Shown here: in pieces, positions 20,658-30,092 of the stretch
How positions within the stretch are numbered: the stretch's first letter is position 1
Layout of the letters: every line of letters begins with the position of its first letter
Source of the DNA: Candidatus Hydrogenedentota bacterium
Lineage (GTDB): Bacteria > Hydrogenedentota > Hydrogenedentia > Hydrogenedentales > SLHB01
Length of the DNA: 64,000 bases
NCBI GenBank assembly: GCA_963668025.2
Contig: CAXXTH010000021.1
Coordinates: 1 to 64,000 of the forward strand
Direction: 5' to 3'
Notes under the pieces: generated by a model
What the model saw: only the letters and a program-made list of their open reading frames with translations
What the model was told of the DNA's origin: nothing
The model's database searches: none
Translations under genes and position numbers: made by a program

Positions 20658-22916
20658 ATGAAACAGGAGGAACTCATGATCGCATTCGAGCGGGAGTTGC
20701 CAGGACGGGAACGTATCCGTATTCGGTTTCTGCGTGAGGATGTGCTGCGCGTGCAGCTCACATGGGATGAGGATTTTCTCGATAGCGGCCTGAACCGGTA
20801 TGGTTTCATCACCGAGCCCGCCGCGCCTGCCGTGCGCGTGGACGCCTCCGAGGATGAATATGAAGCCAGCGCGGAATCCTCCCGGGTGCGCATACGCTTC
20901 GTGGACAGCGGTCGTATGCTTGAAATCACCGACAAAATCACAGGCCAAACCGTCTTGCGCCAAGTCGAGGCCCACAGCGGACGGCGCGCCGCCACGGCGC
21001 GTTTTCTTGCCGCGCCGGATGAAGACTGGGTGGGTTTTGGCGATCAATCGCGGGAGCGCCTTTTTCATCGCGGCCACACGGCGGATTGTTGGGTATCGAA
21101 CGCGAAATCATGCATTCCCGTGCCGTTCTTCATGTCCACCCATGGCGCCGCCGTGCTGGTCAATTCGACCCACCGGGTGGTTTTCGACATCTGCCGCACC
21201 GAGCCCAGCCACTTTTCATGGCGCGATCCTCGCGGGGTGGTGGATTACTACGTGTTCGTAGGCGGGGGATTCAAGGAGCTCCTGTATAAATATGCCCTCC
21301 TTACGGGCATGCCCAAACTCCCGCCCGATTGGTCTTTCGGCCTATGGCATATCTGCCGCGCCCAGGCGAATGATTATGAGATGGTGAACGACGCCCTCCA
21401 GTTCCGCCGGGAAGGCATCCCATGCGACGTGCTCGGCCTCGAATCCGGCTGGATGGAAACGCATTACGATTACTCCGTGGAGAAACAATGGAGCAATAAA
21501 CGCTTTCCGATTCCGCCTTCGGCGTGGACCGGCCCCGCGAACTTCTTCAATGCGGTGAAACGCATGGGCTACCATATGGAACTCTGGCTCTGCAACCGGT
21601 ACGACCTCTCCTACGAGGCAGAACGCCGCGCTGGGTACAGCCGCCCCACGTCCAAGGACGCCGAGCCTGCTCCTATGCTCCAAGGCGCCCAAAGTCTGAA
21701 TGCCCATTCCTCGCCGGTAAAATTACAGGATTCCATCACGAAGCCCGGTGAACCGTGGTTCGAGCACCTCCAGAAATTCGTGGACCAAGGCTTCGACTTT
21801 TTTAAACAGGACGGCTCCGAACAGTTGGATGAGCATCCGGACCGCCTCTATGCCAACGGCATGCGCGACAGCGAAATGCATAATCTCTATCCGCTTCTGT
21901 ATGCGCGCCAGATGTACGAAGGCTTCGCCGAATACACGCACCGCCGCCCTGTGGTGTTCACGTGCGCTGGGTGGGCGGGCTTCCAAGCTTGGGCAGGCGC
22001 TTGGGTTAATGACACCGGCGGCGGCCCTGGCGCGTTATGCGCCATGCTAAATACTGCGTTCGCGGGCCATAGCTGGGCCGTTAGCGGCATGGACGCGGAA
22101 TGCGAGGAGGGCCTCCATTTTGGCTATCTTCAGCCATGGAGCCACATTAACAGCGGCGTGTTTTTCCGCATGCCCTGGGTGCTCGGGTCGAAACTGCTCG
22201 ATATGCACCGGGAGTACGCCCGCCTGCGCGCCCAGTTGATTCCGTATCTGTATAGCTGGGCCTATTGCGCCACCCAGGCCGCCGTGCCGCTCATGCTGCC
22301 GCTTCCCCTCGAATTTCCCGACGACCAGCGCTGCCGCGCGATTCGGCATGAATACCTCCTTGGACGCGATTTGCTCGTGGCTGCCTACCAAAAGCAGGCC
22401 TATTTCCCCAAAGGCCGCTGGAAAGATTACTGGACGGGCGAGGTGCTCGAGGGCGGCGTCGAGCGGGACATCACATGGCCCGAAAACCGGGGAGGCGGGC
22501 TTTACGTCCGGGAAGGCGGCATCATTCCGCTGGCTCCGATCATGCAATACCGCCGGGAACGCCCCATGGACGAAATCACCCTCTATGTATTTCCGGGCCA
22601 GGAGGAGTCCTCGTTCACGCTGTATGAAGACGATGGCGTGTCGTTCGCCCATTTGGACGGGCAATGCGCGTTTACGCCTGTCACCGCTTGCGCCGCTGAA
22701 GGCCGTATCCGTATTCGCACCGGTGCGCCCGAGGGCGCATACGAAGGGCAGCCGGAACGCCGCTGGGCATTCCGGGTGGCCATGGACGCTGTTCCCTCCG
22801 AAGTCCTGGTGAATGGGCGCATCTTAACGCCCGAACAATGGCGGTATGATGCGGCGCGAGGCGAGTTGGAAACCGGCGCGTTTAGTGGAGACATTGAACT
22901 GGAAATCGGGTTATAA
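20658..22916 (+). CDS. Glycoside hydrolase family 31 protein with DUF5110-like C-terminus
   Basis: LTGMPKLPPDWSFG, GIPCD, DFFKQDG (nucleophile region), MHNLYP, EYLLGRDLLV, TLYEDDG. Confidence 0.88.
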   Translation: MKQEELMIAFERELPGRERIRIRFLREDVLRVQLTWDEDFLDSGLNRYGFITEPAAPAVRVDASEDEYEASAESSRVRIRFVDSGRMLEITDKITGQTVLRQVEAHSGRRAATARFLAAPDEDWVGFGDQSRERLFHRGHTADCWVSNAKSCIPVPFFMSTHGAAVLVNSTHRVVFDICRTEPSHFSWRDPRGVVDYYVFVGGGFKELLYKYALLTGMPKLPPDWSFGLWHICRAQANDYEMVNDALQFRREGIPCDVLGLESGWMETHYDYSVEKQWSNKRFPIPPSAWTGPANFFNAVKRMGYHMELWLCNRYDLSYEAERRAGYSRPTSKDAEPAPMLQGAQSLNAHSSPVKLQDSITKPGEPWFEHLQKFVDQGFDFFKQDGSEQLDEHPDRLYANGMRDSEMHNLYPLLYARQMYEGFAEYTHRRPVVFTCAGWAGFQAWAGAWVNDTGGGPGALCAMLNTAFAGHSWAVSGMDAECEEGLHFGYLQPWSHINSGVFFRMPWVLGSKLLDMHREYARLRAQLIPYLYSWAYCATQAAVPLMLPLPLEFPDDQRCRAIRHEYLLGRDLLVAAYQKQAYFPKGRWKDYWTGEVLEGGVERDITWPENRGGGLYVREGGIIPLAPIMQYRRERPMDEITLYVFPGQEESSFTLYEDDGVSFAHLDGQCAFTPVTACAAEGRIRIRTGAPEGAYEGQPERRWAFRVAMDAVPSEVLVNGRILTPEQWRYDAARGELETGAFSGDIELEIGL

Positions 22917-22925
22917 GGAAAAACA

Positions 22926-22984
22926 GTAATACTTTAGTCATCTGGATCATAAGCATTGGACCGATTGGACCGATTGGACCGATT
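22926..22984 (+). repeat. TIR-like remnant plus (ATTGGACCG)x3 tandem repeat
   Basis: GTAATACTTTAG at 22926, then three perfect 9-mers at 22955-22981. Confidence 0.7.
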
Positions 22985-23014
22985 TCTAAACCATCGCGGG
23001 CCGGAGGTGGATGC

Positions 23015-23767
23015 ATGACAGAGCCGCAATCATCGCCGGTTTGGGAAATCCCTCAAGAACCGCCTTTCTTAGTGCATGACACCGCGCATGTCTGGCGCGC
23101 CCAGCTCGATATGCCCGAAGAACGCCTGAACACTCTGCGCCCGCTGCTTTCCGAAGATGAACAGGAGCGGGCGGGCCGTTTCCATTTTCCGGAACACCGT
23201 ACGCGTTTCATGGCGGCCCGGGGGATCTTGCGCACGCTTCTGGGCGGCTACACGGGATTGCCCCCGGCGGATATTCGTTTTGCGTATGCCGCCCGTGGCA
23301 AGCCGTTTCTCGCGGAAAGCCATGCCATGAGTGGTGTTACGTTCAACATCTCCCATTCAGCGGATATGGCCCTGTTCGCCTTCGCACGCGAACGGCGGCT
23401 TGGCGTGGATATCGAGCGAATCCGCCCGGATGTCGAAGTGCTCAAGCTAGCGCGCCGCTTCTTCTCGCCCCGTGAATCGGAAACCTTGGCGCGCCTGCCG
23501 CAACGCGTGCGTTCCCAAGCCTTTCACGCCTGCTGGACCCGCAAGGAAGCCTATATAAAAGCCCATGGGGAGGGCCTCTTCATGGCGCTCGACCGCTTTG
23601 ATGTCGGTTTTGCGCCAGATGAACCGTGCGAATTGCTGCGAACCTTGGATGAACCGGAAGAAATCTCTCTCTGGCAGTTGGTGAATCTCGAGCCTGGCCC
23701 CGGTTTCGCGGGCGCATTGGCTGTCGAATGCCCCGCCGCCGCCGTATCGCGGTATAATTGGTTCTAA
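23015..23767 (+). CDS. Sfp/HetI-type 4'-phosphopantetheinyl transferase
   Basis: GKP, FNISHS, GVDIE, WTRKEAYIKA.G.GL. Confidence 0.95.
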   Translation: MTEPQSSPVWEIPQEPPFLVHDTAHVWRAQLDMPEERLNTLRPLLSEDEQERAGRFHFPEHRTRFMAARGILRTLLGGYTGLPPADIRFAYAARGKPFLAESHAMSGVTFNISHSADMALFAFARERRLGVDIERIRPDVEVLKLARRFFSPRESETLARLPQRVRSQAFHACWTRKEAYIKAHGEGLFMALDRFDVGFAPDEPCELLRTLDEPEEISLWQLVNLEPGPGFAGALAVECPAAAVSRYNWF

Positions 23768-23807
23768 AAGTCAATTATTACAATTTATTGATTTTATGCA
23801 TTTGCTA

Positions 23808-23836
23808 TTGACAACCTTTTTCAAACATGGGATAAT
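23808..23836 (+). promoter_or_regulatory. Sigma70-type promoter
   Basis: TTGACA-17 nt-GATAAT with a TG extension. Confidence 0.6.
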
Positions 23837-23881
23837 TTATGCAGGCGAAATGTAAAAGTCTGATTGGGCAGGCTGCGCATT

Positions 23882-24412
23882 ATGGGCATGCAAATATCAA
23901 ATACCTCCGTGGTTTCGACCACGCAGGCGTCTTATCGTAGAACGGCGGACACAAAGTCCTACGGGCAGGACAATGCCGCCAATACGGCGGTTATGGGTTC
24001 ATCCCGCAAGGTGGAACAACTCAAGCTGGGTTTCGGAGAAGGCACGGTTTCGACGGGCGTTGCCGCTATGCGCGCCATCGACACCAATATGTATGAAGCG
24101 CGCCAGCTCGTGCCCACCGTCGAGGAATTGCAGGAACAGGCCCGCGAACGCGCCCAGGAAGTACAAGCGCAATTCGAAGACGACACTCCCGCCACGGAAA
24201 CATACACCTACGATTTTCAAGGTATGCGGACAAAAGCGGGCGACCAAGCGCGCAACTACATCAACAGCTTGAATGACGCCGCCGCCACGGTCCAAGCGCG
24301 CCTGAACGGAGAATCGCTCCCCAGTGCGCAGACCTTGAATATCCGCATCGGCGATAACTCATTTAATCTCGGAGTCGAACCGGGCGTGCCCCGTTTCGAT
24401 GTCCGCGCATAA
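23882..24412 (+). CDS. Hypothetical protein (coiled-coil rich)
   Basis: About 176-aa ORF behind a consensus promoter; no recognisable family. Confidence 0.7.
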   Translation: MGMQISNTSVVSTTQASYRRTADTKSYGQDNAANTAVMGSSRKVEQLKLGFGEGTVSTGVAAMRAIDTNMYEARQLVPTVEELQEQARERAQEVQAQFEDDTPATETYTYDFQGMRTKAGDQARNYINSLNDAAATVQARLNGESLPSAQTLNIRIGDNSFNLGVEPGVPRFDVRA

Positions 24413-24512
24413 AACCTTTTACCATCCTGTTTGATCCCTCCTTACCAAAATCGTCTATACTGCCGTGTTCGCATGGTGATGCTCACAATAACAACATAGA
24501 AGGAGTCGCGGT

Positions 24513-26318
24513 ATGGCTAAGGCGGTCAAGACGCCGGTTCGCAAAGAGGTGAAGCTCGAGGACACCTGGGATCTGACGCCGCTCTACGCGGATGACGCGG
24601 CCTGGGAGAAGGATTTCCGCAAGTTCGAGAAAATGATCCCGGGCCTTGAGGCGTTCAAAGGCAAGCTGGGATCGTCCGCGAAGACGTTGCGCGAGTGCTG
24701 CGACTTCGAGGTGAAGTTCAACAAGCTCGCGGAACGCATCGGTTCGTACGCGCAACTGAAGTCTTCGGAAAACGTGGCCGACAGCGCATACCAAGGCATG
24801 CTGGCGCGGTATATCCATGTGGCGACGCGCGCGGGCGAAGCTTCGAGCTATATGGCCCCCGAAATCCAGGCCATCCCGAAAAAGAAAATGGACGCCTTCC
24901 TTCATTCGGCGGAGCTTAAACCTTACTGGCTCATGCTCGAAAGGCTGTTGCGCTACAAGCCGCATATTCTTTCCGAAAACGAAGAACGCCTGCTGGCCAT
25001 GCAGGGCGAGATAGCAGGTTCGGCATCGCAGATCTTCGAGCAGTTGAACGACGCCGACATGAAGTTCGGCATGGTGAAGGATGAGCGCGGGCGAAGCATC
25101 GAACTGACGCAGGGTTCGTTCCGCAGTTTCCTCGAATCGCCGGACCGCGCCGTGCGAAAGGCCGCCTTCAACCAATTTTATGCGCAATATGAGGCCCATG
25201 CCAACACGCTCGCGGCTGCGTTGAATGCCTCCGTACTGCAAGATGTGTATTACGCGCGGGCGCGCAATTACCCCTCGGCGCTCGAGGCCTCCTTGTTCTC
25301 CGACAAGGTGCCCGTGGCGGTGTATGACAGCCTGATCGAGGCGGTGCATGCGAATCTGGATACGGTTTACCGGTATCTCGAAGTGCGCCGCAAAGTCCTC
25401 AAAATCCGCGATATCCATTTCTATGACAATTACGTGCCCATTGTCGCGCAGAAACGTGCGCATATCTCCTACGAGCAAGCGTCGGAGACCGTGCGCGACG
25501 CCCTTTCGCCGCTGGGCGATGCCTATTGCAAGACCCTCGAAGCGGGCCTGGGCCGCCAGCGCTGGGTGGACCGCTATGAAAACCAGGGTAAGCGCAGCGG
25601 GGCGTTTTCATCGGGCAGCTACAGCGGCCCGCCGTATATCCTCATGAACTACCGCGATGACACCATCGACAGCATGTTCACGCTGGCCCATGAAGCGGGG
25701 CACTCGATGCACACCTATTGCAGCGCCAAGGCCCAGCCGTACCAATATTACGATTACCCCATTTTCCTGGCCGAGGTGGCCTCGACATTCAACGAATTGT
25801 TGCTCAACAAATATGTCATCGAACGCGCGAAGGACAAGCAGACGCGCGCGTATCTCCTGTGCCGTGAAATTGACGAGATTCGCGGCACGATTGTCCGGCA
25901 GACCATGTTCGCCGAGTTCGAGAAAAACATCCACGCCATCGCCGAGGCGGGTGAGCCGCTCACGCTCGAGGCCATCCGCGCGGAATACCGCAAGCTGCTC
26001 GATGCCTATTTCGGTCCGCGCTTCGTAATTGATGAGGTGCTGTCGCTCGAGGGCTTGCGCATCCCGCATTTCTTCAACGCCTTTTATGTCTATAAATACG
26101 CCACCGGGTTGTCGGCGGCCATTGCGCTGGCGGACAAGGTGCTCGAAGGCGGCGCGGCGGAACGCGACGCCTACCTGCGCTTCCTACAAGCGGGCGCGTC
26201 GAAATATCCGCTGGATGTCTTGCGGGATGCGGGCGTGGACATGGAACGGCCCGAGCCTGTCGACGCCGCCATGGCGCACTTCAAGGCCCGGGTCGAAGAA
26301 CTCGAAGCGTTGCTGTAA
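24513..26318 (+). CDS. pepF: Oligoendopeptidase F (M3B)
   Basis: TWDL, GKRSGAFS, PYILMNY, HEAGHS (HExxH), AEVAST, FYVYKYATG. Confidence 0.96.
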   Translation: MAKAVKTPVRKEVKLEDTWDLTPLYADDAAWEKDFRKFEKMIPGLEAFKGKLGSSAKTLRECCDFEVKFNKLAERIGSYAQLKSSENVADSAYQGMLARYIHVATRAGEASSYMAPEIQAIPKKKMDAFLHSAELKPYWLMLERLLRYKPHILSENEERLLAMQGEIAGSASQIFEQLNDADMKFGMVKDERGRSIELTQGSFRSFLESPDRAVRKAAFNQFYAQYEAHANTLAAALNASVLQDVYYARARNYPSALEASLFSDKVPVAVYDSLIEAVHANLDTVYRYLEVRRKVLKIRDIHFYDNYVPIVAQKRAHISYEQASETVRDALSPLGDAYCKTLEAGLGRQRWVDRYENQGKRSGAFSSGSYSGPPYILMNYRDDTIDSMFTLAHEAGHSMHTYCSAKAQPYQYYDYPIFLAEVASTFNELLLNKYVIERAKDKQTRAYLLCREIDEIRGTIVRQTMFAEFEKNIHAIAEAGEPLTLEAIRAEYRKLLDAYFGPRFVIDEVLSLEGLRIPHFFNAFYVYKYATGLSAAIALADKVLEGGAAERDAYLRFLQAGASKYPLDVLRDAGVDMERPEPVDAAMAHFKARVEELEALL

Positions 26319-26364
26319 ACTACTACAAACCTGCGCGCGCTGGCGCATAGGCAAGGAGCATGAT

Positions 26365-26712
26365 ATGAGTGAAGAAACGTTGTTTACGAAAATCATCAAG
26401 GGCGAGATCCCATCCACGCCGGTCTACTCGGACGAGGAGTTCTACGCCTTCCGCGACATTAATCCTGGCGCGCCCACGCATGTGTTGATCGTCCCGCGCA
26501 AGCCCATCCCGAAAGTCACGGACGCCACGGAGGAAGACGCGGCGCTATTGGGCCGGCTGATCCTCGCGGCGAACAAAGTGGCCAAACAGGAAGGGATCAC
26601 CGAAAACGGCTTCCGCTACGTCATTAATTGCGGTGAATGGGGCGGCCAGACGGTATTCCATTTGCATCTGCATATCCTGGGCGGACGCCCGATGGCGTGG
26701 CCGCCGGGATGA
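26365..26712 (+). CDS. HIT-family nucleotide-binding protein (HinT-like)
   Basis: AFRDINP.APTHVL, GQTVFHLHLHILGGR, WPPG. Confidence 0.95.
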   Translation: MSEETLFTKIIKGEIPSTPVYSDEEFYAFRDINPGAPTHVLIVPRKPIPKVTDATEEDAALLGRLILAANKVAKQEGITENGFRYVINCGEWGGQTVFHLHLHILGGRPMAWPPG

Positions 26713-26718
26713 GAGGCT

Positions 26719-26753
26719 AGGGTTTAGGGCATTGGGTTTGGGGTTTAGGGTTT
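26719..26753 (+). repeat. Degenerate heptamer tandem repeat (AGGGTTT-like, about 5 units)
   Basis: AGGGTTTAGGGCATTGGGTTTGGGGTTTAGGGTTT. Confidence 0.6.
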
Positions 26754-26798
26754 CGCCAAAAGGTGTCTGCTGTAGATTGCAAGATGATGGAGAACTTG

Positions 26799-26880
26799 GT
26801 GCGGTAGCAAGCTACCGCACTCTACGTGCGTTCTAAGTCTTTTCTTGTAAATGAATATGCGGCAGCTTGCTGCCGCTTTG
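26799..26880. repeat. Pair of REP-like hairpins
   Basis: GTGCGGTAGC-AA-GCTACCGCAC-TCTAC (GTAGA-headed on the minus strand) and GCGGCAGC-TT-GCTGCCGC-TTTG. Confidence 0.65.
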
Positions 26881-26954
26881 AGTGTGCGGTTTCCGCCGGA
26901 ATAAGCGTTTTCGCAGAGTGGTGGCGTGAAGTGTAAGACTTAGGGGGCGTTGTA

Positions 26955-27821
26955 GTGATTGATACTTCTACGGGGCTTTGTGCGATTATTGGCGATCCGG
27001 TGGGACATTCGCTGTCGCCAGCCATGCATAATGCGGGATTCGCTGCGGCGGGATTGAACTATGTCTATCTCGCGTTCCATGTCACCGACGTGGCGAACTG
27101 CCTCGCGGGCATGCGCGCCATGCCTAGCTTTCGCGGCATGAGCGTCACGATTCCCCACAAGCGCGCCGTCATGGAACACCTGGACGCCATCGAGCCTATG
27201 GCGGCGCATGTCGGTTCTGTGAACACCATCACCAACGAGGATGGCCGCCTGCTCGGCTCGACGACGGATGGCCCCGGCACGTTGCGGGCGTTCGCCGAGG
27301 CGGGCGTGAAGCTCGATGGCCAGCGCATCTTGTTCGTGGGTTCGGGCGGGGCCGTGCGCGCCGTGGCGTTCGCCTGTGCGGAGATGGCCCAAATCGAGCA
27401 ATTGACGATACTCGGGCGCACGCCTGCGCGCGTGGCGGATCTGGTGGACGACTTGCGGGCGAAGACGGACGCCTCGATCCTCGATGGGAGCATCGAATCG
27501 GATTTGCGCCAGGCCCTCGCGGCCCACGACATCATCATCCAAGGCACGCCCATGGGCATGTATCCCCATCCGGGCGAATCCTGCATCCCCGCCGAGTGGC
27601 TCGAACCGCGCCATGTGGTGTTCGACATGGTCTACCGTCCGTATAAAACCCGATTATTGCAGGACGCCGAGGCGGCGGGATGTACGATTATCCCCGGACT
27701 CGAAATGCTGGTGAACCAGGCCGTATTGCAGTTTGAGCGCTGGACTGGCGTGGCCGCGCCATACGAGGCCATGCGCGGCGCCCTTGTGGCGCGGCTGGCT
27801 GAAGAGGAAACCCATACATGA
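26955..27821 (+). CDS. aroE: Shikimate dehydrogenase
   Basis: GDPVGHSLSPAMHN, SVTIPHK, SVNT, GSGGA, DMVYRP, GLEMLVNQA. Confidence 0.96.
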   Translation: MIDTSTGLCAIIGDPVGHSLSPAMHNAGFAAAGLNYVYLAFHVTDVANCLAGMRAMPSFRGMSVTIPHKRAVMEHLDAIEPMAAHVGSVNTITNEDGRLLGSTTDGPGTLRAFAEAGVKLDGQRILFVGSGGAVRAVAFACAEMAQIEQLTILGRTPARVADLVDDLRAKTDASILDGSIESDLRQALAAHDIIIQGTPMGMYPHPGESCIPAEWLEPRHVVFDMVYRPYKTRLLQDAEAAGCTIIPGLEMLVNQAVLQFERWTGVAAPYEAMRGALVARLAEEETHT

Positions 27822-28759
27822 GTGAAACGGCGATACCACGGCAATTGGAGGCGTTAAAAGCCAATCTGGGCAAGGTGATTCTCGGCAAGCCGGAGGCCAT
27901 CAATCTGCTGGTGGAGGCCCTCGTGGCGGGCGGGTCGGTGCTGATGGAGGACGTGCCGGGCGTGGGCAAGACGACCCTCGCCAAGGCCCTCGCACGCTCG
28001 ATCAAGGCGAAATTCAACCGCATCCAGTTCACGCCCGACCTGCTTCCGGCGGATATCCTGGGTTCATCCATCTACAACCCTGTCGAAGGCACGTTCCGCT
28101 TTCAGGAAGGCCCCATCTTCTGCAATGTGCTCCTGAGCGACGAGATTAACCGCGCCTCGCCGCGCACGCAATCGGCCCTCCTCGAGGCCATGAACGAGCT
28201 TCAGGCTACCGTCGAAGGCGTGAGCCGGATGCTGCCCGCGCCTTTCCTGGTGCTCGCCACGCAGAATCCCGTCGAGTTCCATGGGACATATCCCCTGCCC
28301 GAGGCGCAGCTCGACCGCTTCCTCATCCAGCTCGATTTGGGCTATCCAGACGCCGAATCGGAAACGGCCATTTTCTACGCCCAAGCCCAGGCCCATCCCG
28401 TGGACAGCCTTGAGCCGGTCATGGACACGGAGGATGTGATGCGCATCCAGCATGCGTCGAGGGCCATCCGCGTCGAGCCTAGCGTGGCGCGCTATATCGT
28501 GGATATCGCCCAGCAGACCCGCACCGATCCCGCGCTCAAGCTCGGGGTAAGCCCGCGCGGCTCGCTGATGCTGTTTCGCGCGGCGCAGGCGGCGGCCCTC
28601 GTGGCCGGGCGCGATTACGTGCTGCCCGACGATATCCAGCGGCTTGCGCCGTCCGTGCTGGCGCACCGGCTCATGCTGACCTCGAAGGCGAAATACGGCG
28701 GCGTGGACAAGTACGCCGTGGTGGCGCAGATCCTCGGGCGCGTGCGCGTGCCCACGTGA
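27818..28759 (+). CDS. MoxR-family AAA+ ATPase
   Basis: EDVPGVGKT, RIQFTPDLLPAD, DEINRASPRTQSALLEAM, ATQNP, GTYPLPEAQLDRF. Confidence 0.96.
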   Translation: MSETAIPRQLEALKANLGKVILGKPEAINLLVEALVAGGSVLMEDVPGVGKTTLAKALARSIKAKFNRIQFTPDLLPADILGSSIYNPVEGTFRFQEGPIFCNVLLSDEINRASPRTQSALLEAMNELQATVEGVSRMLPAPFLVLATQNPVEFHGTYPLPEAQLDRFLIQLDLGYPDAESETAIFYAQAQAHPVDSLEPVMDTEDVMRIQHASRAIRVEPSVARYIVDIAQQTRTDPALKLGVSPRGSLMLFRAAQAAALVAGRDYVLPDDIQRLAPSVLAHRLMLTSKAKYGGVDKYAVVAQILGRVRVPT

Positions 28760-28766
28760 TGCGCAT

Positions 28767-30092
28767 ATGAAAAAACCTTCGCCCATCCAGCCCCTCGCTG
28801 AGCCTCCGGCGCTGCATGCGCCGCCACGCCGTTTCTCGACCCTCGAAAACCTCGTCAACTACTGGTGGCGCTTCAAGCTCACCGATTCAGGGAAGGCCCT
28901 TGTAGGCGGCGGATGGGTGGCGGCGTTTATCGGCAGCGCGTCCATCGAGGTGCCGGTATACCGCTTGCTCTTCGTCCTATTTTTCATCGGGCTTGCCGCT
29001 GTCGTAATCGGGTGCTTCTACCGCCCAAAGCTCCGCATCACTAGCCATATCCCGCGCCGCGTCCGCGCGGGCGAAACCTTGCACTGGAACTGCACGCTCG
29101 AGAACCGCTCGCGCCTGCCGTTGTATGACGCCGCCATGGGCTATTTCGGCCTGCCGCGCACGCTGGGCGTGGTGGCGGAATCCACTCCTATCCGACGCTT
29201 GGGTGCTGGTGAGACCGCCGAAGTTCTCTTTTCTCTGAACGCCACGCGGCGCGGGCTGTATGCGCTGCCGCCTTTACGCGGGTACACGACTTTCCCTTTC
29301 GGCTTGCTACGAATGGGCGCGCCGCGTGCGGACTCGCCCCCCTTGCTGGTGCTGCCTTCGTTTCATCCCTTGCACCAGGTCGATGTGCCTTCCTCGACCC
29401 GTTACCAGCCCGGCGGCATCGCGCTGACATCCCATGTGGGCGAATCGCCGGAATACATCGGCAACCGCGAATACCGTCCGGGCGACTCGATTCGCAAAAT
29501 CGACTTTCGCGCCTGGGCGCGCCTGTCCCGCCCCGCCGTCCGGGAATACCAGGAAGAATACTATTGCCGTGTGGCCTTGGTGCTTGACACCTTCCACCGC
29601 GCCCGTCGAAATAGCATATGGGAGCGTTTGCACCCAGCCGCACCCGAGCCAGCAGACGGCCTCGAAGCGGCGGTGAGTTTATGTGCGGCCATCGCCGATG
29701 CGCTGGCGCGGGGCGAATATCTGATAGACCTGTTTGCAGCGGGGCCGGAGTTGTATGTGTTCCGGTCGGGCCGCCACATTACCCATTTCGAGAGCGTCCT
29801 CGAGATACTTGCCTGCGTCGAAGCCTGTCCGGCGAATCCATTCGAGTCGCTCACGCCCGCGCTGGCCGAGGAACTGGGCCGCATTTCGAGCGTCGTGTGC
29901 CTGTTTCTCGATTGGGACGCGTCCCGGCGCGAATTGGTGCGGGCCGCCGCCGAGGCGGGATGCCGCGTTAAGATCATCCTCGTGCGCGATGCGCCTCCCA
30001 CGCTTCCTTTGGATGATGCCGAGGAATGGGCCGATTCCGTGGTCTCCATCACGCCGTCCGCCGTGGCGCAGGGAGGCGTCGAAGCTTTATGA
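28767..30092 (+). CDS. DUF58 domain protein
   Basis: Two N-terminal TMs, RRGLY, FPFGL, REYRPGDSIRKIDFRAWAR; follows MoxR. Confidence 0.9.
   Translation: MKKPSPIQPLAEPPALHAPPRRFSTLENLVNYWWRFKLTDSGKALVGGGWVAAFIGSASIEVPVYRLLFVLFFIGLAAVVIGCFYRPKLRITSHIPRRVRAGETLHWNCTLENRSRLPLYDAAMGYFGLPRTLGVVAESTPIRRLGAGETAEVLFSLNATRRGLYALPPLRGYTTFPFGLLRMGAPRADSPPLLVLPSFHPLHQVDVPSSTRYQPGGIALTSHVGESPEYIGNREYRPGDSIRKIDFRAWARLSRPAVREYQEEYYCRVALVLDTFHRARRNSIWERLHPAAPEPADGLEAAVSLCAAIADALARGEYLIDLFAAGPELYVFRSGRHITHFESVLEILACVEACPANPFESLTPALAEELGRISSVVCLFLDWDASRRELVRAAAEAGCRVKIILVRDAPPTLPLDDAEEWADSVVSITPSAVAQGGVEAL

Noticed and set aside
26719-26753. Telomeric (TTTAGGG) sequence or eukaryotic contamination
   Set aside because: Only about five degenerate units sit in a normal bacterial intergenic region; treated as a heptamer repeat.
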